The notes: generated from the sequence alone by a model not told the origin. Positions 1-10,055 are shown, counted from the stretch's first letter. The stretch is DNA of 64,000 bases from Candidatus Dormiibacterota bacterium (GCA_963718525.1 OY970355.1:1888001-1952000); one strand, 5' to 3'. Translations and numbers: made by a program.

Positions 1-762
1 GGTGCCGCGCGGGGTGGGGCTGGGCTGGTCGAGGTCTGCGTCCCCGAGGCGATCCACTCGATCGTCGCCGCCGGGTGCCTCGAGGTGATGCCGACTCCGC
101 TCCCCGACGCCGGCACGGGCACCCTCCACCCCGGCGCCGTGCCGGCTGTGCGCGAGCGGCTCGCCGGGGCCGATGCCGTCGTGATCGGGCCAGGGCTCGG
201 TCGCGCCCAGGAGACGGTCACCGCACTCCTCGAACTCCTCGTGGGGTTGCCGTGTCCCGCGGTCATCGACGCCGACGCCCTCAACATCGTCGCCGCCTCG
301 GGCTTCGACCTCCGACGGAGTGGCGGCTCCTGCGTCGTGACCCCGCATCCCACCGAGATGGCCCGTCTCGCCGGCACCGACACCGCCGCAGTGCAGGCGG
401 ATCGGGTTGGCACCGCGGAGCGCTACGCAGAACAGCACGGTGTGGTCGTCGTGCTCAAGGGCGCGGAAACCGTGATTGCGGCGCGCGGCCATCCGGCGCA
501 CATCGACACGCACCGGATCGTGGCCCTCGCCACCGGCGGGACCGGTGACGTGCTCGCGGGGTTGATCGGATCGATGCTCGCCCAGGGACTATCGCCGCGC
601 GACGCGGCGGTGGCGGGCGTGACCGTGCACGCTCAGGCCGGTCTGATGGTCCAGGCTCGTCGCGGACGCGCAGGCGCGCTCGCCTCAGACCTGATCGATG
701 CGCTTCCCGCGGCGCAGGAGCTCCTGCGCCAGGCGCTCGAGGCGGCTACTGCCCGTAGATGA
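1..762 (+). CDS. nnrD: ADP-dependent NAD(P)H-hydrate dehydratase (YjeF C-terminal domain), 5'-truncated by the window edge
   Basis: Frame open from position 1 (GAARGGAGLV...). Motifs VIGPGLG, VIDADAL, TPHPTEM, VLKG and ATGGTGDVLAG. Confidence 0.93.
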   Translation, partial: GAARGGAGLVEVCVPEAIHSIVAAGCLEVMPTPLPDAGTGTLHPGAVPAVRERLAGADAVVIGPGLGRAQETVTALLELLVGLPCPAVIDADALNIVAASGFDLRRSGGSCVVTPHPTEMARLAGTDTAAVQADRVGTAERYAEQHGVVVVLKGAETVIAARGHPAHIDTHRIVALATGGTGDVLAGLIGSMLAQGLSPRDAAVAGVTVHAQAGLMVQARRGRAGALASDLIDALPAAQELLRQALEAATARR

Positions 763-1840
763 AGCCTTCGATGCTGCCGTCCGTATCGCTGATCACGCGG
801 TAGTCGACGCGGTTCCAGCCGGCGAAGTTCATCTCCGAGAGCTTGAAGGATCCCGCCGGGATCCCTGCTGCAGGACCGACCGCCTCGACGTACGCGACGT
901 GACCCTCCCAGCTCACGCCGTCGACGCCGGGACGGAACACGACGATGGCGCCTGCAATTGGCGTCCTGCCTTCCTTGTAGCCCATCTGCGCCGCCGCGAT
1001 GAGCCAGCTGCTGGCGTTGCCGAGCCACGGGACGCATCGGCGCGTGGCGACGTAGTACGTGCAGAACCCGTACGCGAAGTGGTTGCCGCAGCTTCCCGAG
1101 CCGACGTGGATGGGGGACTCGAGCAGGGCGATCTCATTGTCGATGTTGGCGATCTCCGCGGCGATCTGGCGCGCAGGGCCGTTGAGCCCGGCGAACAGCG
1201 TGTTGCGGCTGGTGAGGATGGTGAGCAGCAGATCACTCTGGGCAGCGAGCTGGCCTTCGAGCGTCTGCGCTTTCGCTGCATCCGAACGGATCGACGCCTG
1301 CTCCGCGAGGATCGCGCGATTGGCCGCGGCGAGCTTCTCGACGAGGTCGAGCACCTGTTGCGACACCTGGTTCGCCGCCTTCAACTCGTCGATCGCCTGG
1401 TTGAACGATTGCGCGCTGAGCACCGCTGCGAGCACCTGGTTGCCGCCACTGGTTTCGTACGTTGCGCGCGTGATCCCGGCAAGCTGGGCCTTGTCCTGAG
1501 ACGCAGTCGCGTTGTTGCTGTTCAACTGGCTGCTCAGTGACAGCAGTAGTGCATTGAGCTTGGTGAGCTGGTTGCGCTCGTTCAACACCCGCGTCTGCTG
1601 CGCGTTGAACATCGCTTCGGCCGAACCGACGGAACCGCCGGCCGCACTCAAGCCCGGCTGCATCGCGGCGAGCTCTGCGATGAGGATCGCGCGCTTCTGC
1701 TGCAGCGCTGCGATCGCAGAGTTCGGCGCCTGCGAACCACTGGAAGGTGATGCCTGAGTGTCTGCGATGGTTCCGATTCCGGTGGCCAGAAGGGTGATGA
1801 CACCTGCGACGGTCAGGGCCACCTTCCGGCTCCACGTCAA
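746..1840 (-). CDS. Secreted coiled-coil plus CHAP-domain peptidoglycan hydrolase (PcsB/CwlO-like)
   Basis: N-terminal signal peptide, long Q/A/L-rich coiled coil, C-terminal YGFCTYY (Cys), GHVAYVE (His) and SEMN. TTG start preceded by GGAGG. Confidence 0.88.
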   Translation of the reverse strand: MTWSRKVALTVAGVITLLATGIGTIADTQASPSSGSQAPNSAIAALQQKRAILIAELAAMQPGLSAAGGSVGSAEAMFNAQQTRVLNERNQLTKLNALLLSLSSQLNSNNATASQDKAQLAGITRATYETSGGNQVLAAVLSAQSFNQAIDELKAANQVSQQVLDLVEKLAAANRAILAEQASIRSDAAKAQTLEGQLAAQSDLLLTILTSRNTLFAGLNGPARQIAAEIANIDNEIALLESPIHVGSGSCGNHFAYGFCTYYVATRRCVPWLGNASSWLIAAAQMGYKEGRTPIAGAIVVFRPGVDGVSWEGHVAYVEAVGPAAGIPAGSFKLSEMNFAGWNRVDYRVISDTDGSIEGFIYGQ

Positions 1841-1863
1841 AATAGGCGTCCTCCATGTGATCT

Positions 1864-1970
1864 GCCGCTGGTGCCCGGACGGGCATCGGTCGGTTCCCCG
1901 GGCGCACCTTACCGGCCTTGAGGGTCCGAGTGCAAGCCGGACACCCGGGCGCCACCGTACCCCAGCGACC
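1864..1970 (-). promoter_or_regulatory. Candidate structured 5' leader of the CHAP gene
   Basis: Nested complementarity on the minus strand: GTCGCTGG/CCAGCGGC, CGGT/ACCG, CCCGGG/CCCGGG, CCGGCTTG/CAAGGCCGG, plus a TGCCCG/CGGGCA hairpin just before the RBS. No known family recognised. Confidence 0.4.
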
Positions 1971-1991
1971 GTCCACGTATATTGCGGTCGT

Positions 1992-3036
1992 GTGACGTTG
2001 GATCCATACCCGGAGCGCGAGCGAGCGTTCGAACTCGGGGGGCGCGACGCTCGCCGACGTGGGTGAGCGGGCCCTGCTCAGCGCGCTCACCGAGATCGCG
2101 CGGCCGACATCGGTGACCCTCGCCGTGGGCTCCGGCGACGATGCCGCCGTGTGGTCGCCCGAGCCCGGCCGCGACGTTGCGTTGAGCCAGGACGCCCTCG
2201 TCGAGGGCGTCGATTTCCGCCGGTCCTGGATCAGCCCGCGGCGGTTGGGTGCCCGGGCATTGACCGTCGCCCTGTCCGACCTCGCCGGGATGGGAGCCCG
2301 CCCCGTCTGGTGCTCCGCGACGCTCTGTGCCCCCGCGAGCACGTGCTTCGAGGATGTCCTCGAGATCCAGCGCGGGCTCTGCGCTGCTGCAGTGAGCGCG
2401 GGATGCGCGGTCGCCGGGGGTGACGTGAGTGCCATCAGCGGACCGCTGCTCATCGACGTCTCTGTTGGGGGGACGGTGGTGGCGGGGCAGTTGCTCCGGC
2501 GCGATTCGGGTCGTCCCGGCGACGTGGTGGTGGTCAGCGGAACCCTGGGGAGGGCTGCCGCAGGACTGCGACTGCTCCTTGACGGCGGCGACGTGCTGTC
2601 CGAACAGGAGCGGGCCTGGGTCGACGCTCAGCTCTCGCCGGTCGCCCGGATCAATGAGGGCCTGGAACTGGTCGCTTACGGGATCCGCTGTGGCGGCGAC
2701 ATCAGCGACGGGCTGCTGGTCGACCTGGAGCGGATCACCGACCTCTCCGGCTGCGCCGCGGAGATCTGGCTGGACCGGCTCCCGGTCGAGCAGGCGCTGA
2801 TCAGCGATTTCGGCGCCGCCTGGCCCGAGCTGGCGGTCGGCGGTGGCGAGGACTTCGAGCTCGTCGCCACCGTTGCGCACGACCAGGCAGACGCGTTGCT
2901 CGCGTCCTGGCCGGGCTCGCTGGCGCCGCTGACCGTCGTCGGCTGCCTCCGCGAGGGCGCCGGCGTAACCGTCCTCGACCGCGAGGGCGGCGTGGCCGTC
3001 ACGCGGCCGCAGACGAGCTCGCGGCACTTCGCGTGA
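1992..3036 (+). CDS. thiL: Thiamine-monophosphate kinase
   Basis: GDDAAV, DALVEGVDF, LSDLAGMGA, GGD, DISDGL and GGEDFEL motifs. ORF track start is 2059; removing one A at GAACTC 2031-2036 extends the frame to GTG 1992. Confidence 0.92.
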
Positions 3037-3509
3037 GCGCCGAGGAAGGGGTGGCGGCTCGATGCGTGACCGAGGCGGACACTCTCGCCCTCGGGGAACG
3101 CGTCGGGACCCGGGTCGAGCCGGGTGACCTCATCCTTCTGAGCGGGCAGCTCGGCGCCGGCAAGACGGTGCTGGTCCGGGGTATCGCGACGGGCATGGGC
3201 ATCGACCCGATGCAGGTGCGTTCGCCGACCTTCGTGCTGCATCACGTCTACCGCGCCGGTGCCAAGGTCCTGAACCACCTCGACCTGTACCGGCTCGGAC
3301 CGGATGCCGACGTCCGCCTGCTGGATGTCGATGAGATGCTTGAGTCCGGTGGTGTGGTGGTCGTGGAGTGGGGCGAGCACGCCGGGCGCGACCTGAACGC
3401 GCAGATCCGCATCCGCATCGATATCGATGACGACGGTTCGCGTGTGATCACGTCGCGCGGCGCGCCCGAACGTCTCGCGTCAGCGTGGAAACAGGCGAGC
3501 CCACGGTGA
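3033..3509 (+). CDS. tsaE: tRNA t6A biosynthesis ATPase TsaE
   Basis: GQLGAGKT Walker A, SPTF, HLDLYRL and VEWG. Confidence 0.95.
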   Translation: MSAEEGVAARCVTEADTLALGERVGTRVEPGDLILLSGQLGAGKTVLVRGIATGMGIDPMQVRSPTFVLHHVYRAGAKVLNHLDLYRLGPDADVRLLDVDEMLESGGVVVVEWGEHAGRDLNAQIRIRIDIDDDGSRVITSRGAPERLASAWKQASPR

Positions 3510-4067
3510 CGGTCCTCGCCATCGACACCTCGTCGAGGTCGCGCGTCGTCTGCGTGCTCGCGACGCCCGGCGGCGAGCTGCTCGAACTCGGAGTTGATCC
3601 GCGGCCGGCCGGTTTCGTCATCACTGCCCGATGCGCTCGGGGAGCTGCTCCCCCGCGTGGACGGCGCGGTGGTGGTCGTCACCGGACCGGGCACCTACAC
3701 GGGCGTGCGCGCGGGGATGGCGGCCGCACTCGGCATCGCTCACGCGCGCGCACTGCCACTCCATGGTGTTGGCTCACTGGAGGTGACCGCGTGCGGCGAC
3801 GCCGGCGTGCGCGGTGATGACTGGGTCATCGCCGACGCGGGGCGGGGCGCTCTCTACGTGGCGCGCGCCGGCGCGGCGGCGGACGTCACCCGCATCGGGG
3901 TCGACGGGTTCGACGCCGATGGCGTTCGTGTGTTCAGCAGCGACGACGTGGCCGTCCCCGGTCTGATCCGAGTCGACGGAGCGCGAGCCCTGGCACGCGC
4001 GGTCGTGCTTGCGCTCGCGCGTCCGGCGCTCGAGCGCGCGGGGTTGAGCGCCGGCTACGTGGACTGA
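3506..4067 (+). CDS. tsaB: tRNA t6A biosynthesis protein TsaB, apparent +1 frameshift near 3585
   Basis: VLAIDTS in frame +2, then GPGTYTGVRAG and ADAGRG in frame +3. Deleting one A at GAACTC 3584-3589 joins them. Confidence 0.88.
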
Positions 4068-4076
4068 GCGCCGCCG

Positions 4077-4682
4077 CTACAGCCAGCCGTGCTGTTCGGC
4101 GGTGCGCACGGCCTCGAGGCGATTGCGTGCGCCGGTCTTCTGAATCGCGGAGGAGAGGTAGTTGCGCACTGTGCCCGGGGAGAGAAACATCGTGGTGGCG
4201 ATCGCCGCGATGCTGGCGCCATTCGACGCCGCGTGCAGCACGTCTCGCTCACGTGGGGTGAGCGGATTCGAACCATCGCTGAGCGCCGCCGCCGCGAGCG
4301 CGGTGTCGATGACCCGCTCACCGGTGACGGCGCGACGGATCGAGACCGCGAGCTGATCGGCCGGTCCGTCCTTGACGACGAACCCGGTTGCCCCCGCCTC
4401 CATGGCTTTGCGCAGGTAGCCGGGCCTGCCGAAGGTGGTGAGGATGATGATCGTGCACGCGGGCTGCGCTGCATGGAGCAGCGCCGCGGCGCTGAGCCCG
4501 TCGATGCCCGGCATCTCGATGTCCAGCAGGGCGACGTCCGGATTTGCAGCCTGGGCAGCGGCCACGACCTCGTCGCCGCGAGCGCACTGCGCCACCACGT
4601 CGATGTCCTCCTCGAGCGCGAGCAGCGTGGCGAGCGCGCCGCGGACCATGCCCTGGTCCTCGGCGATGAGCACACGAATCAC
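4077..4682 (-). CDS. NarL/DesR-family response regulator
   Basis: Receiver domain (AEDQ, LLDIEMP, LTTFGRPGY) and LuxR-type HTH (LTPRE...GTVRNY). Confidence 0.95.
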   Translation of the reverse strand: MIRVLIAEDQGMVRGALATLLALEEDIDVVAQCARGDEVVAAAQAANPDVALLDIEMPGIDGLSAAALLHAAQPACTIIILTTFGRPGYLRKAMEAGATGFVVKDGPADQLAVSIRRAVTGERVIDTALAAAALSDGSNPLTPRERDVLHAASNGASIAAIATTMFLSPGTVRNYLSSAIQKTGARNRLEAVRTAEQHGWL

Positions 4683-5830
4683 GCCGCGGCTCGGGGAACG
4701 TACGCCTGCAGGCGGAAACCGCCCGCGTCGCCCGGTCCCGCTTCGAGGCGGCCACCGGCGGCGCCGACGCGCTCGCGGAGCCCGTGCAGACCGGTGCCGC
4801 CCGCACTGGCGACACCGCCGACACCGTCGTCGACGATCGCAACCGTGAATCCGCCGTTGCTCGATTCGAGGGAGATCTCACAGTGGTGCGCGCGGCTGTG
4901 GCGGAGCACGTTGGTGACGCCCTCGCGCACGGTCCACGCGAGCAGGCTGTCCACCGGCGCCGGCGGCACGCTGCTGTCGCGGTTGACGGAGAACGCGATT
5001 CCGGCTGCGTCGAGCACGTCGCGCGCTCCCTGCAGCTCGTCGGCGAGCGAGCGCTGCCGGTAGCCGGTGACCATCGCGCGCACCTCTGCGAGCGAGTCAC
5101 GCGCCACCGACTCGACGTCGCCCATCGCCTCGGCAGCAGCGCCGGGGTCACTGTGCATCAAGCGGCGCGCGACCTGGGCCTTGAGCGCGATCACCGACAG
5201 GCTGTGGCCAAGGATGTCATGAACATCGCGGGAGATGCGGAGCCGCTCGTCGGCGATGGCGAGCCGCGCGACCTCGGCGCGCGCGGTGCGGAGCTCGATG
5301 ACCGTCGCGATGAGGCGGCGAAACGCGAGCATGGTGAACCCGAGCGCGACAGTGAGGAAGGTGATGAAGCCCAGGTCGGCCCAGGCATAGCCGAGCAGCA
5401 CGCCGGACACGACCATGAACACCCCGAGCGCGAGCAGGACGGGGACGAGGTAGCGCCAGCGCAGCGTCCAGCCTGCGGCGACGCCGCAGTACACGAGCAC
5501 GCCCGACCACTGTCCGCGGAAGAGCAGCGCAAGCGTGATCCCCAGGACGAAGAGCGCCACCAGCGGCAAGAGTTGCGCGCCGGTGGCGACGCGCGGCACC
5601 AGGGTGAGGCACGTCCACATCGCGAAGAGATACGTGGCTGCGAATGCCACCAGGCAGATCCACGCGACGATTGCGCGCGCCGGCGAGTATCCGGCGCCGA
5701 GGATGTCACCGATCGGATATCCCAGGAACACGAGCCAGATCGCCGCCCAGCCGAGCCGGGCGGCGGTCGGGATCGGCCACATCAGGTTGTCGGGCGCGCC
5801 CATCTGTCTGGCCCCATGTTTGCCGGGCAT
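4679..5830 (-). CDS. DesK-like membrane sensor histidine kinase (HisKA_3)
   Basis: About five TM segments, ERLRISRDVHDILGHSLS, REGVTNVLRHS, DDGVG and GLHGLRER. Confidence 0.95.
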   Translation of the reverse strand: MPGKHGARQMGAPDNLMWPIPTAARLGWAAIWLVFLGYPIGDILGAGYSPARAIVAWICLVAFAATYLFAMWTCLTLVPRVATGAQLLPLVALFVLGITLALLFRGQWSGVLVYCGVAAGWTLRWRYLVPVLLALGVFMVVSGVLLGYAWADLGFITFLTVALGFTMLAFRRLIATVIELRTARAEVARLAIADERLRISRDVHDILGHSLSVIALKAQVARRLMHSDPGAAAEAMGDVESVARDSLAEVRAMVTGYRQRSLADELQGARDVLDAAGIAFSVNRDSSVPPAPVDSLLAWTVREGVTNVLRHSRAHHCEISLESSNGGFTVAIVDDGVGGVASAGGTGLHGLRERVGAAGGRLEAGPGDAGGFRLQAYVPRAAA

Positions 5831-5851
5831 GCTCAGGATGCTAGGCCACCT

Positions 5852-6592
5852 TCAGGCGGTGCGCAGGGTGAGACGGCGGGACACCGCCACTGCGACCAGG
5901 GCCGCACCGGCAAACCATGCGAGCAGGATGAACCCGTCACCGAGCGCAGGCGCGACGCCGCGAGCGACGTACCAGCCGAGTTGCGCGAGGTGATACGAGG
6001 GCAGCGTCTTGGCGACGGTCTGCATCGCTGACGGGAGGATCTGGACGGGCATCCAGAGTCCGCCAAGTGCTGCGAGCACGAGGTACAGGACCATGGTGAG
6101 CCCCGTGGCGCCGTCACCGTCGGCGACGCTGCCGACCACGATGCCCATCGCCGCGAAGGGCAGACAGCCCGCCGAGATGAGCAGCGCGAGCACCGGCCAC
6201 TCCCACAGCGGCAGCGTCACGTTCTTGACCAGGGCCGCCGTGATGAACGTGAGCACGATCGCAGGAAGGCTCAGCGTCATCGCGCTGATCAGGCGGACGG
6301 CGAGGATCCGGGCGGGCGACATCGGCGTCAGGCTGAGCTGGCGGAGCCAGCCGATCTGCCGGTCGATGGCAAGGCGCGGTCCGGAAGCCATGAGCACACC
6401 GCCCATCGCACCGAAGGCAGCCATCGCGACCATGATGCCGATCGTCGGCGGCAGCCCTTCAGCCCTGTCGGCCGCTGAGCCGAAGACCGTGGAAAAGAGG
6501 AGGTACGCCGCAACCGGCCATCCGACGACGAGCAGCAGGTAGCGGCGGTCGCGCAGCGAGCGACGGAGTTCGAGTGCAAGGTAGGAGCGCAT
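5852..6592 (-). CDS. ABC-2 type transporter permease (YvfS-like)
   Basis: Six hydrophobic segments, GWLRQLSLTP and LGGLWMP...LPSY. Confidence 0.9.
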   Translation of the reverse strand: MRSYLALELRRSLRDRRYLLLVVGWPVAAYLLFSTVFGSAADRAEGLPPTIGIMVAMAAFGAMGGVLMASGPRLAIDRQIGWLRQLSLTPMSPARILAVRLISAMTLSLPAIVLTFITAALVKNVTLPLWEWPVLALLISAGCLPFAAMGIVVGSVADGDGATGLTMVLYLVLAALGGLWMPVQILPSAMQTVAKTLPSYHLAQLGWYVARGVAPALGDGFILLAWFAGAALVAVAVSRRLTLRTA

Positions 6593-6609
6593 GGCGTGTG
6601 GTTCCTTAT

Positions 6610-7578
6610 TCAGGCGGCGATGCCGTCGGTGATGGTGATGAAGGCGTCTTCGAGGCCGATCCCGGCGACCTCGATGTCATGAGCGTCGGCGCGAGCCGCG
6701 AGCAGGGCGCGAAGTGCGATGTCGGTGTCGCGGCAGCGCAGCTCCACGCGGTTGCCGTGCACGTTCGCTGAGACGACGCCGGGGAGAGCGTCGAGACCTG
6801 CGATGCCCGGCTGCACGATCGAGAAGCGGATCACCCGGAGGCCGACCGAGTCCTTGATCGATGCCGGGGTGCCGTCGGCGACGACGCGACCTCGGGCCAT
6901 CATCACGATGCGATCGGCGGCGACGTCCGCCTCCTCGAGGTAGTGGGTCGAGAAGAGGATGGTCCGGCCGCGCTCGGTGAACCCCTCCATGGCGTGCCAG
7001 AAGCTGCGCCGGGTCTCGACGTCCATCGCCGCCGTGGGCTCGTCGAGGATGAGCATCTTGGGGTCGCCGACGAGCGCCATGGCGAGGCGGAGCCGCTGCG
7101 ACTGGCCGCCGGAGAGGCGGTCGACGCGTCGCTTCTCGAGCCCGCGCAGCTGCGCGATGTCGATTGCCTCATCGAGGGGCAAGGGCGCGGGGTAGAGGCC
7201 GCGCACCATGGCGAGGAGCTCGCCGACCTGGACACCCGGCATCATGCCGCCGTCCTGGAGCATCGCGCCGACGCTGCCGTGCGCTGCCGCGGAACCAGGC
7301 GCCGCGCCGAAGACCTCGATCGTGCCGGCGTCCGGTGCGGAGAGCCCGAGCAGCATCGAGATGGTGGTCGTCTTGCCGGCGCCGTTCGGGCCGAGCAGCG
7401 CCAGTGTCTCGCCGCTTTTGACCGCGAGGCTGATGTTGTCGACCGCGAGGACCGGGCCGAACCGCCGGGTGACTCCGTCGACCCGGACGGCACACGCGCC
7501 GTCGCCGTCGGAGACCAGCAGGCCCGGCGCGCCCGACCGCGGGCCGTCCGCTGTCGAATCGTAGGTGTGATTTCTCAT
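6610..7578 (-). CDS. ABC transporter ATP-binding protein (YvfR-like)
   Basis: GPNGAGKT, LSGGQ, LILDEPT and STHYLEE. Start codon uncertain. Confidence 0.93.
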   Translation of the reverse strand: MRNHTYDSTADGPRSGAPGLLVSDGDGACAVRVDGVTRRFGPVLAVDNISLAVKSGETLALLGPNGAGKTTTISMLLGLSAPDAGTIEVFGAAPGSAAAHGSVGAMLQDGGMMPGVQVGELLAMVRGLYPAPLPLDEAIDIAQLRGLEKRRVDRLSGGQSQRLRLAMALVGDPKMLILDEPTAAMDVETRRSFWHAMEGFTERGRTILFSTHYLEEADVAADRIVMMARGRVVADGTPASIKDSVGLRVIRFSIVQPGIAGLDALPGVVSANVHGNRVELRCRDTDIALRALLAARADAHDIEVAGIGLEDAFITITDGIAA

Positions 7579-7638
7579 GTGCCCAGCGTGGGGGCGCGCC
7601 ACCTGTTCGCGGTAGTGAGACGGGTCAGCAACCTCGCA

Positions 7639-7650
7639 TGACATCTGTCA
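7639..7650. promoter_or_regulatory. Inverted repeat TGACA-N2-TGTCA, candidate binding site of the cognate response regulator
   Basis: Perfect 5-bp inverted repeat about 60 bp upstream of the ABC/two-component operon. Confidence 0.5.
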
Positions 7651-7723
7651 CCCACGCGGCTCCGTGTCCGGAGGCCGCGGTTATGATGCAGAGGCCGACT
7701 CCACCATAGATTTCAGGGCATGC

Positions 7724-8278
7724 ATGCAGGTCGTCCCCCGTCTCTCAGTCGAGCCGATGCGCTACGAGGACATCACCGCGGTGCAGGCGATCGAGCGCCA
7801 GGTCTTCGCGTCCCCGTGGCCGAAGAATGCGTACGCGAGCGAGCTGTCGCAGAACCGGCAGGCGTCGTACATCGTGCTCCGCCAGGAGGGCGCCATCGCC
7901 GGGTATGCGGGGCTGTGGCGGGTCGCGCTCGAAGCGCACGTCACCACCATCGGCGTGCGCGCGGGTGACCATTCGAAGGGCTACGGCACCGTCCTCTTCG
8001 CGGCGCTGGTGCAGCGGGCCTACGCGCTCGGGGCGCGCTGGATCACGCTCGAGGTGCGCGACACCAACGACCACGCCATCCGCCTGTACGAACGATTCGG
8101 CTTCAAGGCGATCGGCCGCCGGCGCGGCTACTACACCGACAACGGCGAGGACGCGGTGATCATGTGGAGCGACAGCATCCACGCACCGGAGTTCAAGCGC
8201 CGCTTCACGGCGATTCTCAGCGGCCTCGACGTGGCAGGGGTCGGTGGCGGTCCCACCATGGAGTACCCGTCCGCCTGA
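7724..8278 (+). CDS. rimI: Ribosomal-protein-alanine N-acetyltransferase
   Basis: FASPW, EAHVTTIGV, TLEVR..N..AIRLY..FGF, RRGYYTDNGEDA. Lies next to tsaD. Confidence 0.92.
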   Translation: MQVVPRLSVEPMRYEDITAVQAIERQVFASPWPKNAYASELSQNRQASYIVLRQEGAIAGYAGLWRVALEAHVTTIGVRAGDHSKGYGTVLFAALVQRAYALGARWITLEVRDTNDHAIRLYERFGFKAIGRRRGYYTDNGEDAVIMWSDSIHAPEFKRRFTAILSGLDVAGVGGGPTMEYPSA

Positions 8279-9291
8279 ACCTCCTCGCCATCGAAACCTC
8301 CTGCGACGAGACTGCCGCGGCGGTGCTGTCCGACGGCCGCGAGGTGCGCTCCTCAGTGGTGTCATCGCAGATCGCGCTGCACGCCGCGCATGGTGGTGTC
8401 GTCCCCGAGCTCGCCGCCCGCGCCCACCTCGAGGGGCTTGCCACGGTGGTCGAGGCCGCGCTCGCGCCGGTTGCGGGTGGCTGGGACGCCATCGACGCGA
8501 TGGCAGTCACCCGTGGTCCCGGTCTTGCCGGATGCCTGATCGTCGGCGCCATGTATGCCTCGGGCGCGGCGATGGCTCGTGGTCTCCCCATCGTGGGCGT
8601 GTCGCATCTCGCCGGTCACGTGTACAGCGCCTGGCTCGCCGATCCCGCGCTGGAGCCGCCGTACCTGGCGCTGCTGGTCAGCGGGGGACACACCGAGTGC
8701 GTCGTGCTCCGCGAACACGGTGTCGCCCAGCGGCTGGCAGCAACCCGAGACGATGCCGCAGGCGAGGCGTTTGACAAGGTCGCCCGCCTGCTCGGCCTGG
8801 AGTACCCGGGTGGCCCGGCGATCCAGCGGGTTGCAGCCTCCGGGGACCCGACCCGCTTTCCGCTCCCCCGCACCCGGCTCGACGGCGCCTTCTCGTTCAG
8901 CGGCCTCAAGACAGCGGTGCGATACATGGTCCGAGACCTCGGACCATCAGCGCTGACCGCCGCGGGTGTGCCCGCGGACGCGCAGGTCGTGGCCGACCTC
9001 GCGGCGAGCTTCCAGGTGGCGGCGGTCGATCAGCTGGTGGCCGGATTGGCGGCGTCGGTGGAGCGCACCGGCGCGACGACCGTGGCGGTGGTGGGGGGTG
9101 TCGCGGCCAACCGGGCACTGCGCGAGGCGGTCGGCGCGCGCTTCAGCGGGCTGCGCGTCGTGATTCCGCCGTTCGATCTGTGCACCGACAACGCGGCGAT
9201 GATCGCGGCCGCCGGGTGGCACCGGCTTCGGGTGCACGGTCCGGACGCTCCCGGCTTCGACGTGGATCCCTCGCTCGCGGAGTGCGCGTAG
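8275..9291 (+). CDS. tsaD: tRNA N6-threonylcarbamoyltransferase TsaD
   Basis: LAIETSCDET, GGVVPELAARAH, HLAGH, VSGGHT, GEAFDK and CTDNAAMIA. Probable CTG start at 8275 overlapping the rimI TGA. Confidence 0.95.
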   Translation: MNLLAIETSCDETAAAVLSDGREVRSSVVSSQIALHAAHGGVVPELAARAHLEGLATVVEAALAPVAGGWDAIDAMAVTRGPGLAGCLIVGAMYASGAAMARGLPIVGVSHLAGHVYSAWLADPALEPPYLALLVSGGHTECVVLREHGVAQRLAATRDDAAGEAFDKVARLLGLEYPGGPAIQRVAASGDPTRFPLPRTRLDGAFSFSGLKTAVRYMVRDLGPSALTAAGVPADAQVVADLAASFQVAAVDQLVAGLAASVERTGATTVAVVGGVAANRALREAVGARFSGLRVVIPPFDLCTDNAAMIAAAGWHRLRVHGPDAPGFDVDPSLAECA

Positions 9292-9302
9292 ATTCCATTC
9301 GC

Positions 9303-9998
9303 ATGACCGACGGTGACCCGCCGCTCCAGCGATCTGAGACCACCGAGCGATATCTCGAGGCGATCTACTACATCGAGCACGAGGGCGAGGTCCCGCGCCC
9401 CGGCCGGCTCGCCGAGTGGCTGGGCGTGAGCGCGCCGACGGTGTCGGTATCGCTGCAGCGTCTCGCCCGCGACGGGCTCATCCGGATCGCGGGGGACCGG
9501 TCGGTCGAGCTCACCGACGGCGGCGCCGAGGCGGCGGCGACCATAGTGCGCCGCCATCGGATCGTCGAGCGGTGGCTCACCGACGTGCTCGGATTCGACT
9601 GGGCGACCGCGGACCTCGAGGCACAAACCCTCACCCACGGCATGTCGGCGACGGTGCTCGAGCGTATCGACGAGTCGCTCGGGAGACCCACCACATGCCC
9701 CCACGGCAACGTGATCCCGGGACGGACCCCGCCGCTTGGCAGGCGGTTGATACGGGTGACCGAGCTCGAGGATGGCGACCAGGCGCGGGTTGCGCGGATC
9801 TCGGAGGTGGCCGAACATGAGGCGCCGCAGCTGCTCCATCTCCTCGACGAGCGCGGCATCGTCCCCGGGATCGAGATCGGCCTCGTGTCGCGCTCGCCCG
9901 GCACATGGAACCTCACTGTCGCGGACACCCACGCCGCGGTCGACGCGGCGACCGCCCGGGCGATCTGGGTCGAGGCTCCGAACGGACGGGTCGGTTAG
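9303..9998 (+). CDS. DtxR/IdeR/MntR-family metal-dependent repressor with C-terminal FeoA-like domain
   Basis: ERYLEAIY, wHTH VSAPTVS, RRHRIVERWL, LGRPTTCPHGNVIP and an SH3/FeoA-like tail. Confidence 0.92.
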   Translation: MTDGDPPLQRSETTERYLEAIYYIEHEGEVPRPGRLAEWLGVSAPTVSVSLQRLARDGLIRIAGDRSVELTDGGAEAAATIVRRHRIVERWLTDVLGFDWATADLEAQTLTHGMSATVLERIDESLGRPTTCPHGNVIPGRTPPLGRRLIRVTELEDGDQARVARISEVAEHEAPQLLHLLDERGIVPGIEIGLVSRSPGTWNLTVADTHAAVDAATARAIWVEAPNGRVG

Positions 9999-10013
9999 GT
10001 TAGGCTAAGCTAA
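9995..10013. promoter_or_regulatory. DtxR/IdeR iron box
   Basis: TTAGGTTAGGCTAAGCTAA matches the consensus TTAGGTTAGCCTAACCTAA at 17 of 19 positions and lies upstream of an iron permease. Confidence 0.9.
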
Positions 10014-10055
10014 CCGCGCTCGGGCGTCATTCACTCTGTCCAAAAGGGTCGATCC

